A stretch of 64,000 nt of DNA. Source: Podarcis erhardii (taxonomy: Eukaryota). This document shows positions 1-10,574 of the stretch, piece by piece. The position numbers and the translations under genes were made by a program. The notes below the pieces were generated by a model. The model made no database searches, was not told the DNA's origin, and saw only the letters and a list, made by a program, of their open reading frames with translations. Location: NCBI GenBank assembly GCA_964252035.1, contig OZ176204.1. One strand, 5' to 3'. Within the stretch, counting starts at the first letter, position 1, and each line of letters opens with the position of its first letter.

Positions 1-47
1 CTGGGAGCCAATGTAGATCTTTTAGGAATATATGTATATATGTATAA

Positions 48-48
<1 letters not shown>

Positions 49-95
<47 letters not shown>

Positions 96-98
96 CGC
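49..98. repeat. Compound (CA)n(GA)n(GC)n microsatellite
   Basis: Directly visible. Confidence 0.95.
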
Positions 99-399
99 AG
101 TATTCTTCAATCTTGCATCCCTAAACTTTTTAGAACTTATCCTCTGCCAGCTTACCCAATGGTGAGGAATGATGGGAGTTGTTGTTCAATAACATCTGGG
201 GACCCAAGAGTGAAAAACACTGATCTACAGTGTTAATAAGAAAGCACAGGAAGTCTAAAACATAAAATGTTGTTCACCTCAATCAACTGGATAAAATGGC
301 CATCATATTTTAAAGCAGGATACAGTTTGTGGAACACTTTGATATACATGGGCTCTGGTGGTGGTCTATAGTATAACAGGGTTAGGAAAAGGATTAGAT

Positions 400-563
400 C
401 AGAGCTTTCAAAACTTTTAAAGTTGGTGACCCACTTTTTAGACACGAGTCATTTGCAACACAGTATTTCAGTTTTACTAGCAAACCGGAGGTTAAACTAA
501 CCCCTTATAAGAGCATTCACACAACACACTAACGTGTCATGACACACAGTTTGGAAATCTCTA
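400..563. mobile_element. Non-autonomous hAT element
   Basis: Imperfect TIRs cagagctttcaaaac / gtttggaaatctcta and 8-bp TSD GATTAGAT (392-399 / 564-571). Confidence 0.75.
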
Positions 564-1149
564 GATTAGATTAAAGACTGGAATACCAGTGGCTATCAAA
601 TAAAATGTCCAGGTATCGTACCTAAAGCTTGGTTGAATTGTGGGACCTACTGTCAGAAGGAAGCAATATCATAGTACCATCCTGTGGTAATTGTTGGAAA
701 CAGAACGTTGGGCTCATTGCTCCATTTGCCAAACACTCAACATGGCTGTCATGTCTTCTGCTTCTTTTTGTCAATAATAACAAAGTAATAATACACAACT
801 CTCTTTTCTAAATAAGCAGTCTAAACTGAGACATGCTTGCGCCATCTAGTCCTTACCAAAGGGTATGGCTGTTCTCTCTCTTTCTCTCCCCCCCCACCTC
901 CTCAGCTACTTAAGCCACAACATTTTGGCATTCAGAGGCTCTTAGCCTCTTAAATTGTCTAGGGACCTGCTGCTATTCTCAAATGGCTCATCACCTGCTG
1001 GCTGTTTGCTTGCCTGGCCTTGCTGCAGCTTTCATTCCACATTCTTCCCTTGGCATAAAAGAGAGAAAGGAAGGGTGGGGGGGAACACAGCCCAGACCAT
1101 CATTTTTGCTTTGTGCTTAAGCCAAACTCCTGTCTCCTTCTCCCTCTGT

Positions 1150-1330
1150 TCGTAAGGACTAACAACAGGAGCAAGCGGAAGCAGGTCACAGAATGTTTGG
1201 CTGTTTCTGTTTGGAACAACTGCTGTGCAGAGGGCCACACGTGAACATTTTGACTGCCACAGAATGCAGCGTGCCAAGGCTGCGCTGGAGTTATAAATGC
1301 AAAAGCTGTCCTTTGATGACACTACCCAAA
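1150..1330. promoter_or_regulatory. Putative enhancer
   Basis: TE-free block with CGGAAG, AGGTCA, CACGTG (1238-1243) and an optimal TCF/LEF site CCTTTGAT (1310-1317). Confidence 0.25.
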
Positions 1331-3117
1331 AAGCATGAGGGAGAGAGAGAGAAGAGAGAAATTTGGGGGACGTAATTAATGCCCACTTCCTCTTCCATAC
1401 ATTTACAATGGAATTCTAAACATGTCAACTCAGAAGTAAGCCCTATTGCATTAAATGGGACTTTCACCTGGGTAAGTAGGGTTAAAACTGCAGCCTTGGT
1501 TTTAGAGTTTAAAGGCACCAAAAGTGAGACTCATACAAACATCTACTACTAATTATTAAGATCATTCTTTCCCATCCATCCCCGCAAAGTCACATTATAC
1601 TCAATAACTTTCCCAAGGCTTAAACTCAGCAGGGAATCCTGCTCAGGAAGCTGTTTTCATGGCCGGGGCTATCCTGGAAAAGGAGATAATAAGAGATTGC
1701 TTCTGAGCGTATACTGAGTGCTTTTCCTCAGTGGGTAAACGATGCACACTGAGTCATCCCTATGGAAACATGGTGTGTGGTCATGGCCTCTGTGTTCCTA
1801 CAATGAATTCTTCATGATGTGAGGTGGCCCAGCGTTTTGCTAAATGCATCATTAGTTCTAAGGAACTCCTTGCACTCTTGACATTGTCAATTTACCAGTC
1901 TCTAATGTGATAATATTGAAAGGAAGTTATTAGCTATAACATTTCACACATCGGTGTTCTCAAACTTTTGGATGTTGCTTGCACCTGATGTGATTCCACC
2001 TCTCTTTTGTTATTACTAGCATGAATATCACAACAAACAGCACTGGAATATGCACAGGAGAAAGCGGCCAAATGATCCCACCTGTGGTTAAAACACATTT
2101 GTTCAGAGGTTCTTTTGCACAGGAAGATGAATGTGAAAAAAAGATCAGCTCAGACCAGAAGGTACTATAGCTGCAATGGTAGCAGCCAGGACCATTTGCA
2201 ATCATCAGCTGCCTGGGCACACAGTACTGCTTTTGGAATTCAGTAACTTGAAAATCTGCCTCCACTTCCCCTTTGCAAGATCTCTGGGTCCAAACAACAT
2301 TCTGGCCACTGCATTTTCAACCCAATATCTTTGACTTTGCTTGCATACATGTTATTGCTAAGCCCCTAAAAATAAAGGCAAGTGTTTATTGACCCGCTGT
2401 CATAGATATTAAAACAGAAATGAAATTTGACCAAGGTGAAGGAAAAATGGAATCTTAATTCATATGTCAGTGCCTCCAACTTGTTCAGTTTCTTAGAAGG
2501 ACGAGTTATCAACTCATTAAAAGACAATATTTAGATCACACAACACTCACATGCAATTAATATTTTGAGCAAAGCTTGCGCCTGCTGAAATCTGCAATGG
2601 CCATTCAAACGCTGCAAGTCTGTGTCACTGGCCACAGTCCCCTAAAGGTGGTCTACTTTCAAGATATGGATGCTAACAGTATTCCTACAAGGCTAACATT
2701 ACTTCGGTTTTTTTTAAAAAAAAATCTGTGGGAGATACTATTTATGCATCATAAGGACCCAAACTTTCCATGATGCAGACTTAGGTGGGGAAAAACTAAT
2801 GAAATGTCAGTTTAACATGGCATGGGAACAAGACCACTGGCAGTGGCTCTCCAGCATTTTCACCAGGAGTCTCTTCCCATTTCATCAAGAAATACCAGGG
2901 ACTGAACCTAGGAGAAAAGTTATAAATAACATAAACATAAGGCTAACACTACTACTAATAATAATATTAAACAGCAGCAGTACCAGCAGTACCACCACCA
3001 CCAAACCTTCCTTCCTTTCACAGTGAATAGTGACATGTTCTTCAAGTAGTATTTATTTTTCCCTGGCAGTTTCCAAACTACACTTTTTCTGTGTGCTGTT
3101 AAAAGCAGGCTTCTTAC

Positions 3118-3337
3118 CTGTCACTTTAGTTTGTTGTAAATGTAACCCTGATCTGAAAACTGCTGGTACTGATGACACACTAAAACAAATGCCTACTGAT
3201 TGAAGGCCTTTGTGATCACCCTTGACCCCAATTCTGTAGATCATGTTAAACCTAACATTATCTCCCTGCCAATGTTGTTTTCTTAAGAGGCAAAGGCTTG
3301 GTGCAGAGCCTTGGGCCAGAGGCAGTGCAGTGAAAAG
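3118..3337 (-). other. Candidate alternative exon, 220 nt
   Basis: Acceptor ttttccctgtcAG and donor CAG|GTAAGA. Open for 73 codons in phase 0, but the length is 3n+1. Confidence 0.4.
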
Positions 3338-4069
3338 CTGACAGGGAAAACTATTGAAAGGTGGAGCTCTAAAGCAGCTATTTCCCACTCATGGCTACTC
3401 CTTATTCAGGTCTCCTTTTCCTCATTACCTAAATGCAAGGTGAAAGGGAGTTTCTACTGTATGTAGTAGGAAAGCCAAACCAAGGAAAGGGTTCAGTAGG
3501 GTGTATTTGCAGAAACACTGAGTGAACCCCATGAGAAATGTAAGACTGCTCTCCCCAACCTCCATTAAATTCCCAATTAAGCAACTTTTCCTTAGTTTAT
3601 GAGGAAAGAAGAAAGTGGAACTTAAAACTATGTACCTCTCTTTAGATTATCAAGTAATTTTGAACTATCAGAAACAGGAGCCCTACGGAGTATTATTTTA
3701 ATCACAAATTTCTACCTAGTTAGGGGACAAAGACAGTGTTTAATGGTTATTTCAGTAGTTTGAACCATAGGATTAGCACATGTTGCTTTGGGGTTGGCCT
3801 ATAAAATTTAACCAGGATATATCACTATACATTGAATAAAAAACAGACAAACAAGAAACTGTATTAAAACTAAATCAAATATTGACATTTCGTTTATCAG
3901 TCAAATTCTGCCAAAAACAGTTTTGGATGCACAATAATCTCTGATTTTTGCCTTTCAAGCTAAATTCCCAAACCAATTTATTAACTAACCAAACTAATTT
4001 ACCAAAATTAGCAAACAAAAGCAAACAAAGACAAAATGCAATAATTTCACATGGGAATTATGTCCCTAC

Positions 4070-4115
4070 CTATCATAAATAGTAATATAGATGATATCAG
4101 TGGTATCTATTTCCA
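4070..4115 (-). other. Weak candidate alternative exon, 46 nt
   Basis: Acceptor tatatttttacAG and donor TAG|GTAGGG. AT-rich, with stops at the 3' end. Confidence 0.2.
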
Positions 4116-5871
4116 CTGTAAAAATATATATATAAAAAATCCCTCCAGTGTAATGAAAGCTTTTCATGCGTACCAGGACAACTGGTTGAAATGTTCACAT
4201 TCAAGTGAGTCCAGACCTCAGCTTAATCCGTGCCATCAATAAATATGTCAGAAAGTCCTTTTCCAAACACAGACACACAAACAAATGAATACATTTTAAT
4301 AATTATAGGGATGGACACCCACATGCATACAATTACAAATAAGTTAACACTGGGAACAAATAACTGATAAGTTTTCCTACTAACACACTTGTTAAAATGA
4401 TCAGGAATGTGCAAGACCGCAATGACAGATTGCGTCCATATTAAGTCCACAACACTTGATCTTCCAAACATACATTTCTTTCAGAATGCTACTTTCTCAG
4501 AGAGGGTAGAAGAGTACAAAGGATTAGGACTGGACCCACTAATTCATTTACAATTTCTGATCTATCCTGAATCATGGATTATAAAGAAGCTATACCACTT
4601 ACATAATTAATCAGTAGCAAAATTAGCTATGATAAAATGGGCAAAGTTGTTATTCACCTATGATGACTGAGCAGTCAAAGGCTCCCTTTAATGAGTGCTT
4701 GATAACCTCACAGGTAAGTAAAAAATGTATTTAAAGATCAGTCAACTTTTAGATAAAGGTACGCAAACATCAAACTGTGTAGTTGCCCCATTAGGTTACA
4801 GTAGAGTTTGATTCAGCAGAGGAGTGCACAGCATAAAGCAGGGCCAGGAATCTGTGACCCCATCACCACTGATCATTGGCCGTGCTGGTTGGGACTAATG
4901 GGATTTGGCATCCAACAACACCTGGAGGTTCATAGGTTCCCCACCACTGCACTAAAGAAAGGTGAACATTGGGTATTGCTTTAAGGGACTTTGATGTCCA
5001 CCAGGATTTCGTCCATTATTTTATATAGGACTCTTACAGCAATAGTGGAGGAATAGTAGAGCAGGAATCAATACTATGGCTGCATACATTTAAAGCACTT
5101 GATGTACCCCAAAGAATGCTGGTAACTGTAATTGACCCCTCACAGAGCTACAATTCCCAGTACCCTTCACAAAGAACAGCTCCCACAACTCTTTTGAGTA
5201 AGTGATGTGCTGTAACTGTATGGTGTGTACACAACATTACAGATTTAAAAGCTTGTTAAAATGTTGCTAAAATGGCAATTTAAAAAATGGTACCCAAAAG
5301 GCAACAGAGTAGTATCGGGGTGGGGTGGGTCAGATCACATTTTTTTCTAACGAATTATTACTCTTTTAAGTGTGGAGAAAACCTGATTTTACTGAAACAG
5401 ATGCCCTTGTAGTTTGAGTCCCCACAAAAACTGCACACATAAAGGCAATTACATGAGATTAAGCAAAGGCCCCAAGAAGTTAGATTTTTATCCAGTATGA
5501 TACAAAGGGATGAAACCCACAGCAAATACAGGTATGAATGGTTCACTTGTAATCTCAAGAGCTGCCAAGAGTCAAATGGGGAACTGAAGCATTTGGTTGA
5601 AACATGTGAAGAAGTTGTCCATTAATCTGCCCTCCCTCCACTAATCCCAATGAGACAGGACAAGCTGTTTTGTTATCAGTAATAACCTTGCTCTTAGAGC
5701 AATTATAGGTGCATGGCTTTGCCTTTTCCCTGAGTACACACCCTATTATTGTCATTATTAAACCATGTTTAATGACCCAAATACAATTACTTAGGGTGGT
5801 TTGCTTTCAAATATCTATCGATAACTAAACAAAAGGAAGTGAATGATGCATTTTCTACTGTGTTTACTTAC

Positions 5872-5982
5872 TTAGCAATGTTTACACTACTGATCTACCA
5901 CCCTTAATGCAAGGTGGTGAGAGAGACTTATTTACTGTGTACGTGCAGGACAGGGCGGGAGAGCAGAGAATGAAACTGCTCT
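5872..5982 (-). other. Candidate alternative exon, 111 nt
   Basis: Acceptor ggttttcttccacccAG and donor TAA|GTAAGT. Contains phase-0 stops. Confidence 0.4.
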
Positions 5983-6448
5983 CTGGGTGGAAGAAAACCA
6001 CACCCATAACCACACAAATCCTAGATTACTACTTGAGAAATCTATATCTGATCATGTGGGTAGCTGTGGCTAGTCTGCCTCCCTCCACTTTTTAAAAGGT
6101 TTTTTAAAAAAATAAAAACAAAACTGTTCTATAGTTTGGTTGATAACTTTTCAAACTTTCACTTATGGGTTCCATCCCAAAATAATGATGAAAATAGAAG
6201 GCTAATTCAGAATTTAAATTGTAAGGTATTGGGGATTTAAAAAATGGCTATAAATCATATTCCAGTACTTTATTTAGGCACTAGATTTTGATTGTAAGAA
6301 TGGAGGTTCAGCTATGGGGAGGGGGGAAACGTAACAGTAAATCAAGGAACGCTTATCCCAGGGACAGGATAGGTTCTTTTTGCAGGCTTAAAATGTATAT
6401 ACGAGTAAAAATTTAGTCACACACACAGGGCATGAATAGTTCACTCAC

Positions 6449-6502
6449 CTAGCTGCTTTGTTTCTCCAATATGAACTTGCAAGACAAAGTAATTTTGTGT
6501 AG
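6449..6502 (-). other. Candidate non-coding or alternative exon of TCF7L2 (internal first exon or poison exon)
   Basis: Consensus donor TAG|GTGAGT at 6449/6448, with UG repeats downstream. Possible acceptors at 6503 (54 nt) and 6476 (27 nt). Ends in a phase-0 TAG. Confidence 0.45.
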
Positions 6503-6780
6503 CTAAATAATGATTTTGCAACGAAAAGGCCAGGAAAAAACAAATTTTAAAAGGAAATTGGTCTCTGGTGTTATTTCATAATTGTTGAAACGTAATTTCA
6601 GAATTAAAACATAAACTTTGTTTTCCATAACTCATTATGTACGAGTTGGTGGTGTTTTGTTCTCCGCCCCCCATGTTGGTACTGAACCCCAAAAGATTAT
6701 CATTTGGTTGTGGCAGTGACACCACATATGGTAGCCTGAAACACAGCAGTAAATGATTAAGCACTGTCCAATTACTGAAG
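6503..6780 (-). promoter_or_regulatory. Putative internal promoter upstream of the candidate exon cluster
   Basis: GC-box (ctccgcccccc, 6662-6672), several TAAT/ATTA cores, retained CpGs, no recognisable TE. Position resembles the mammalian dnTCF7L2 promoter (inference). Confidence 0.35.
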
Positions 6781-6784
6781 CAAA

Positions 6785-7145
6785 CTGTGGCCCAGTTTGC
6801 ATATAATATTAAACCACAGTTTAAAGAAATTATAGTTTAATCTGAATTCTTATGCAAAAATTAAAATTAAAGGCCAGAGTTTGGATTGTTGTGTCATCCA
6901 AACCAGGGCTCACAGTGTTTCTCTCCAAATAATCTATAAGCGGTAAGCAAAGAAAAAAACATTGGTTACCCCCTCATGGTTTGTTTGGAGAGAAGCAAAA
7001 CAATGAGCCTGGGTTCAGATAATAGAACCAGGCTCTTTGTTTCATCTGCTACATAGCAGAAAGGGGGAACCGCCTCTACCATCTCACTGTTCGTTCACAT
7101 TAAGCAATAGTTTTCTTTAAACTATTTTACTATGACATGCAACCA
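6785..7145. mobile_element. Degenerate palindromic MITE-like element (aaaccatggttt type)
   Basis: Internal inverted match ccagggctca..gtttctctccaaa / tttggagagaag..tgagcctggg. Confidence 0.45.
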
Positions 7146-7259
7146 AAGCATGTGAGTATCTGTAAGAATGGTAGAAATCTGCAAAACCACTTCCAATTTT
7201 ACAAAAAATAAAATAAAACCCAGTTTTTTTTACAATTTTACAAATAAAACTCAGACTCC

Positions 7260-7620
7260 AGTAAAATGTACTGGAATCTTAATAGAAGTTTAGCGGTTAT
7301 TTCTTTGTTAATTGTTGCCTCAGGAAAACCACAAGAAAATAACTTGGAAAAGCATGAGTTTTGTGTCGCAATTTCACGTGGCAAAATGTGAGGTGGTATC
7401 CTGGCATACAGTTCTTTCCCGCTGTTTCAAATTTAGCGTGACAGGTCAGCAAACTGATGAAAGAGTCACAGTTTCATTAAGCAACAGGTAACACAGAGTA
7501 GAAGGAGCGTGACAAATCAGGACAAGAAGTGCTAGAATTATAAGCAGCAAAATTAATGCAATAAGCCTGTCGGAATGTAGACAAAATCAGAGCATAAAAA
7601 CAGCCACAGATCTCAACATC
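7260..7620. promoter_or_regulatory. Putative conserved non-coding element
   Basis: TE-free with several CpGs. CACGTG at 7375-7380, overlapping TGACAG/AGGTCA at 7439-7448, and TAAT cores. Confidence 0.4.
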
Positions 7621-8084
7621 CTGAGCTGAGGCAATATCAGCAAAGTAAGATAAGAAGAAAAGATTCTAAGGGTGCAGAAACAACATGCAATGGATTTTTA
7701 AGTGCTGAGGCTGGACATGGGAAGGCATGAGAGAAATACCAGGAGTATTGTCTTTCTAAGGAGAAGAAACCAAGGACCTAGGTGTCAACGAGGAAGTCAG
7801 CCTCTTATCAGGGCTGTACCACTTCAGACTACAGGTGTGGAAAAATCCCAGCATACAAATAGTGCAGGGATTCCCTGCCCCATGAAGAAGCATGATGAAC
7901 TCTCACCTATAGGGGGGTCCACCACCACTGTGAGAAGGAGCCTTCCAGAGTGTGGTTTCTCCTTCTCTATGGCAAGTTTTCTCTCAGACTATAAGAGTCA
8001 CTCAAAGAAGCTTTGCACTATAGCTGTAACAGCACAAAAGACAAGGGTGACAATTTTCAATTGCCACCCAATGAAGCCACTCAT

Positions 8085-8432
8085 ATCCTGAAGGAGCGTC
8101 TCCACCTCCATCGTTCGGCCTGGACACTGAGGTCCAGCGCCGAGGACCTTCTGGCGGTTCCCTCACTGTGAGAAGCGAAGTTATAGGGAACCAGGCAGAG
8201 GGCCTTCTCGGTAGTGGCACCTGCCCTGTGGAATGCCCTCCCATCAGATGTCAAAGGAATAAACAACTATCTGAAGTTTAGAAGGCATCTGAAGGCAGCC
8301 CTGTTTAGGGAAGTTTTTAATGACTGATGTTTTAATGTATTTTTAGTCTCGTGTTGGAAGCTGCCCAGAGTGGCTGGGGAAACCCAGCCAGATGGGCAGG
8401 GTATAAGTAATGAAGTATTATTATCATCATCA
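8085..8432 (+). mobile_element. L2 LINE 3' fragment
   Basis: Encodes ...GTRQRAFSVVAPALWNALPSDVK...FRRHLKAALFREVF, then a 3'UTR and a (TTA/TCA)n tail. Confidence 0.85.
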
Positions 8433-9667
8433 TCAAAAAATCTGATTCAGAGGCAGAAGAGACGTGGAATAGAGGGCTGACACAGATGGAGGGTATTGGT
8501 GGAAACTGGAAGTCCCACCTAGCATGAGCAGAAACACATCCCATTATCCAAAGTCACAATCAGATACAACCTATGATTTTACTTTAAGAGCTAATGCCCT
8601 GGATTGTAACAGGCTGCCCACATCCAGTCAGCTGGAGAGAAAAATACTGTTACTGTTAATATTTTAAAAAATGTCCGTGGCCCCCTTGGAATCTTAAGAT
8701 TCCATAAGACTGAAAACATACCAGATCTAGGGCTTATGTACATTTTAATGCTTTAAACCAATGTTTGGTTGGTTTGGTGTGTGGTTTTTTTTTTTTTTTT
8801 AAAAAAAATATTTTCAATGCCCCAGATGTATATGTACTAGAAAAATACAGTATAAAATGAATGTTAAGGAATTTAAATTTATAACCTGAGCAAGCAGATT
8901 ATACTTCTTTGCCAAGTTTCAAGAGCTATATTTGGCTTGGCCTGCTGTATGCAAAACTTTATTTGTGTTTTCTTAACTGCAATTATAAGTGCATTTCAAA
9001 TCTGGATACGTTCCTGTGATTTTGTAAGAAGAAAAATTCAACAGCTTGATTGCAGAAGAAGGTGTTAGTAGATTATAGGGAGAATTCAAGCAGATTTGTT
9101 CTGTCATGCTCTCACATCATAAGAAAAAACCTCGGAGAAATAATAGTAAATTTCCAACCTTCTTGTGAATGCAGACTTTGAAAAGAGGGAATCATAACTC
9201 TGAAATGTTTACAGACATATTTCTTACACTTTATACTCTTCTACTACATGTGTACTTCCCAGGAATAAGATTCATCTATGTTTACAAAACTTGCCCATCA
9301 ATTCCTCATATGCCGGACCTAAATCACTTGGTCTTTGGGTACCCCATCCCAACCTCCTTTCTCCCACTCCCAAAGGATTAATGTCTACCTCCCCTTCATG
9401 GCCTTACTCATGTGAAGATCTTACATGGTGGTTACATCCTGAGCCCCTGTGACCGTAAGTGAAATCATGTAAATAGGGAGCACACGACTTTAATGGGGAG
9501 GGTGTACAGGGAGGAGAGAGAGGAGGAGACTCATATGCATCACTGGGGCTGCTGCCTGGAAGTTGCTTGGGACGGCTGCCCAGCCTGTCCTAAGCCTTCC
9601 CTTGATAGGGGCTGCTGCCCAGTGACCTTTCCTTGCTCACTTCCGGGCAGTAGCCCAAAGCAACTTC

Positions 9668-9682
9668 TATCTATCATCTATC

Positions 9683-9721
<39 letters not shown>

Positions 9722-9755
9722 ATCTATCTGTCTGTCTGTCTGTCTGTCTGTCTGT
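9668..9755. repeat. Compound (TCTA)n(TCTG)n tetranucleotide microsatellite
   Basis: Directly visible. Confidence 0.95.
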
Positions 9756-9847
9756 CAATCTCATGATGACCCGCATAAACATCGTCACATGTGAGTGGAT
9801 GGCACATAAAGTGTGTGAGCCTGTACTGTAAGTTAACAAGGCTTATA

Positions 9848-10034
9848 CAGTGATACCTTGGATACCTAAACAGAACATAAGAAGCAACTGTGTGTCTGCG
9901 CGTGTGCAGGTCATGTATCGCCGCTTCCGCGAGCGGCGAAACCCGGAAGTAATGCACTCCGTTACTTCCGGGTCGCCACGGGTCGCAACCCGAAAATACT
10001 TATCCTGAAGCATATTTATCCTGAGGTACGACTG
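9848..10034. mobile_element. Tc1/Mariner (Tigger-like) MITE, CpG-rich
   Basis: TA|cagtgatacctt ... gaggtacgactg|TA. Confidence 0.75.
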
Positions 10035-10350
10035 TAATGGAATAATGGAATTGAGTAAGCATGTGAGTCATTAAGTAGGAGTCTGTCTAAATGTCTTGGT
10101 GTAATTGGACAAACCCAGCATGAGGGAAGGAAGCTCCCAGCATTCACGAGGAGAGTACATAAGACAAAAGTTTATTTGAGCATTAATCCTCCCATGTTCA
10201 CTGATATGGGGAAAGGGACACACTAAGTAGCCTCTCCCCTTTGCCTTTGTGTGAAACGCACAGCCAGTCATCTGTAGCAATGGAGCTTCCAGACATACAG
10301 GTTTCCATGTGACTCAGAAACTATACAAGTAAGCTTACGGTTTGCAAGTA

Positions 10351-10574
10351 CAGTGGTACCTCGGTTTACGAACTTAATCCATTCCGGAAGTCCGTTCTTA
10401 AACCAAGGCATGCTTTCCCTAACAAAGCCTCCTGCCACCAGTGCCCTTCCACCATTCAAATTCCATTCTTAGACTGAGGCAAAGTTCTCAAACCAAGATA
10501 CTATTTCCGGTTTTGCGGAGTTTGTAAACCAAATTGTTCTTAAACCGGACTGTTCTTAAACCGAGGTACCACTG
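10351..10574. mobile_element. Tc1/Mariner (Tigger-like) MITE
   Basis: TIR cagtggtacctcggttta / taaaccgaggtaccactg with TA TSD. Confidence 0.9.
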
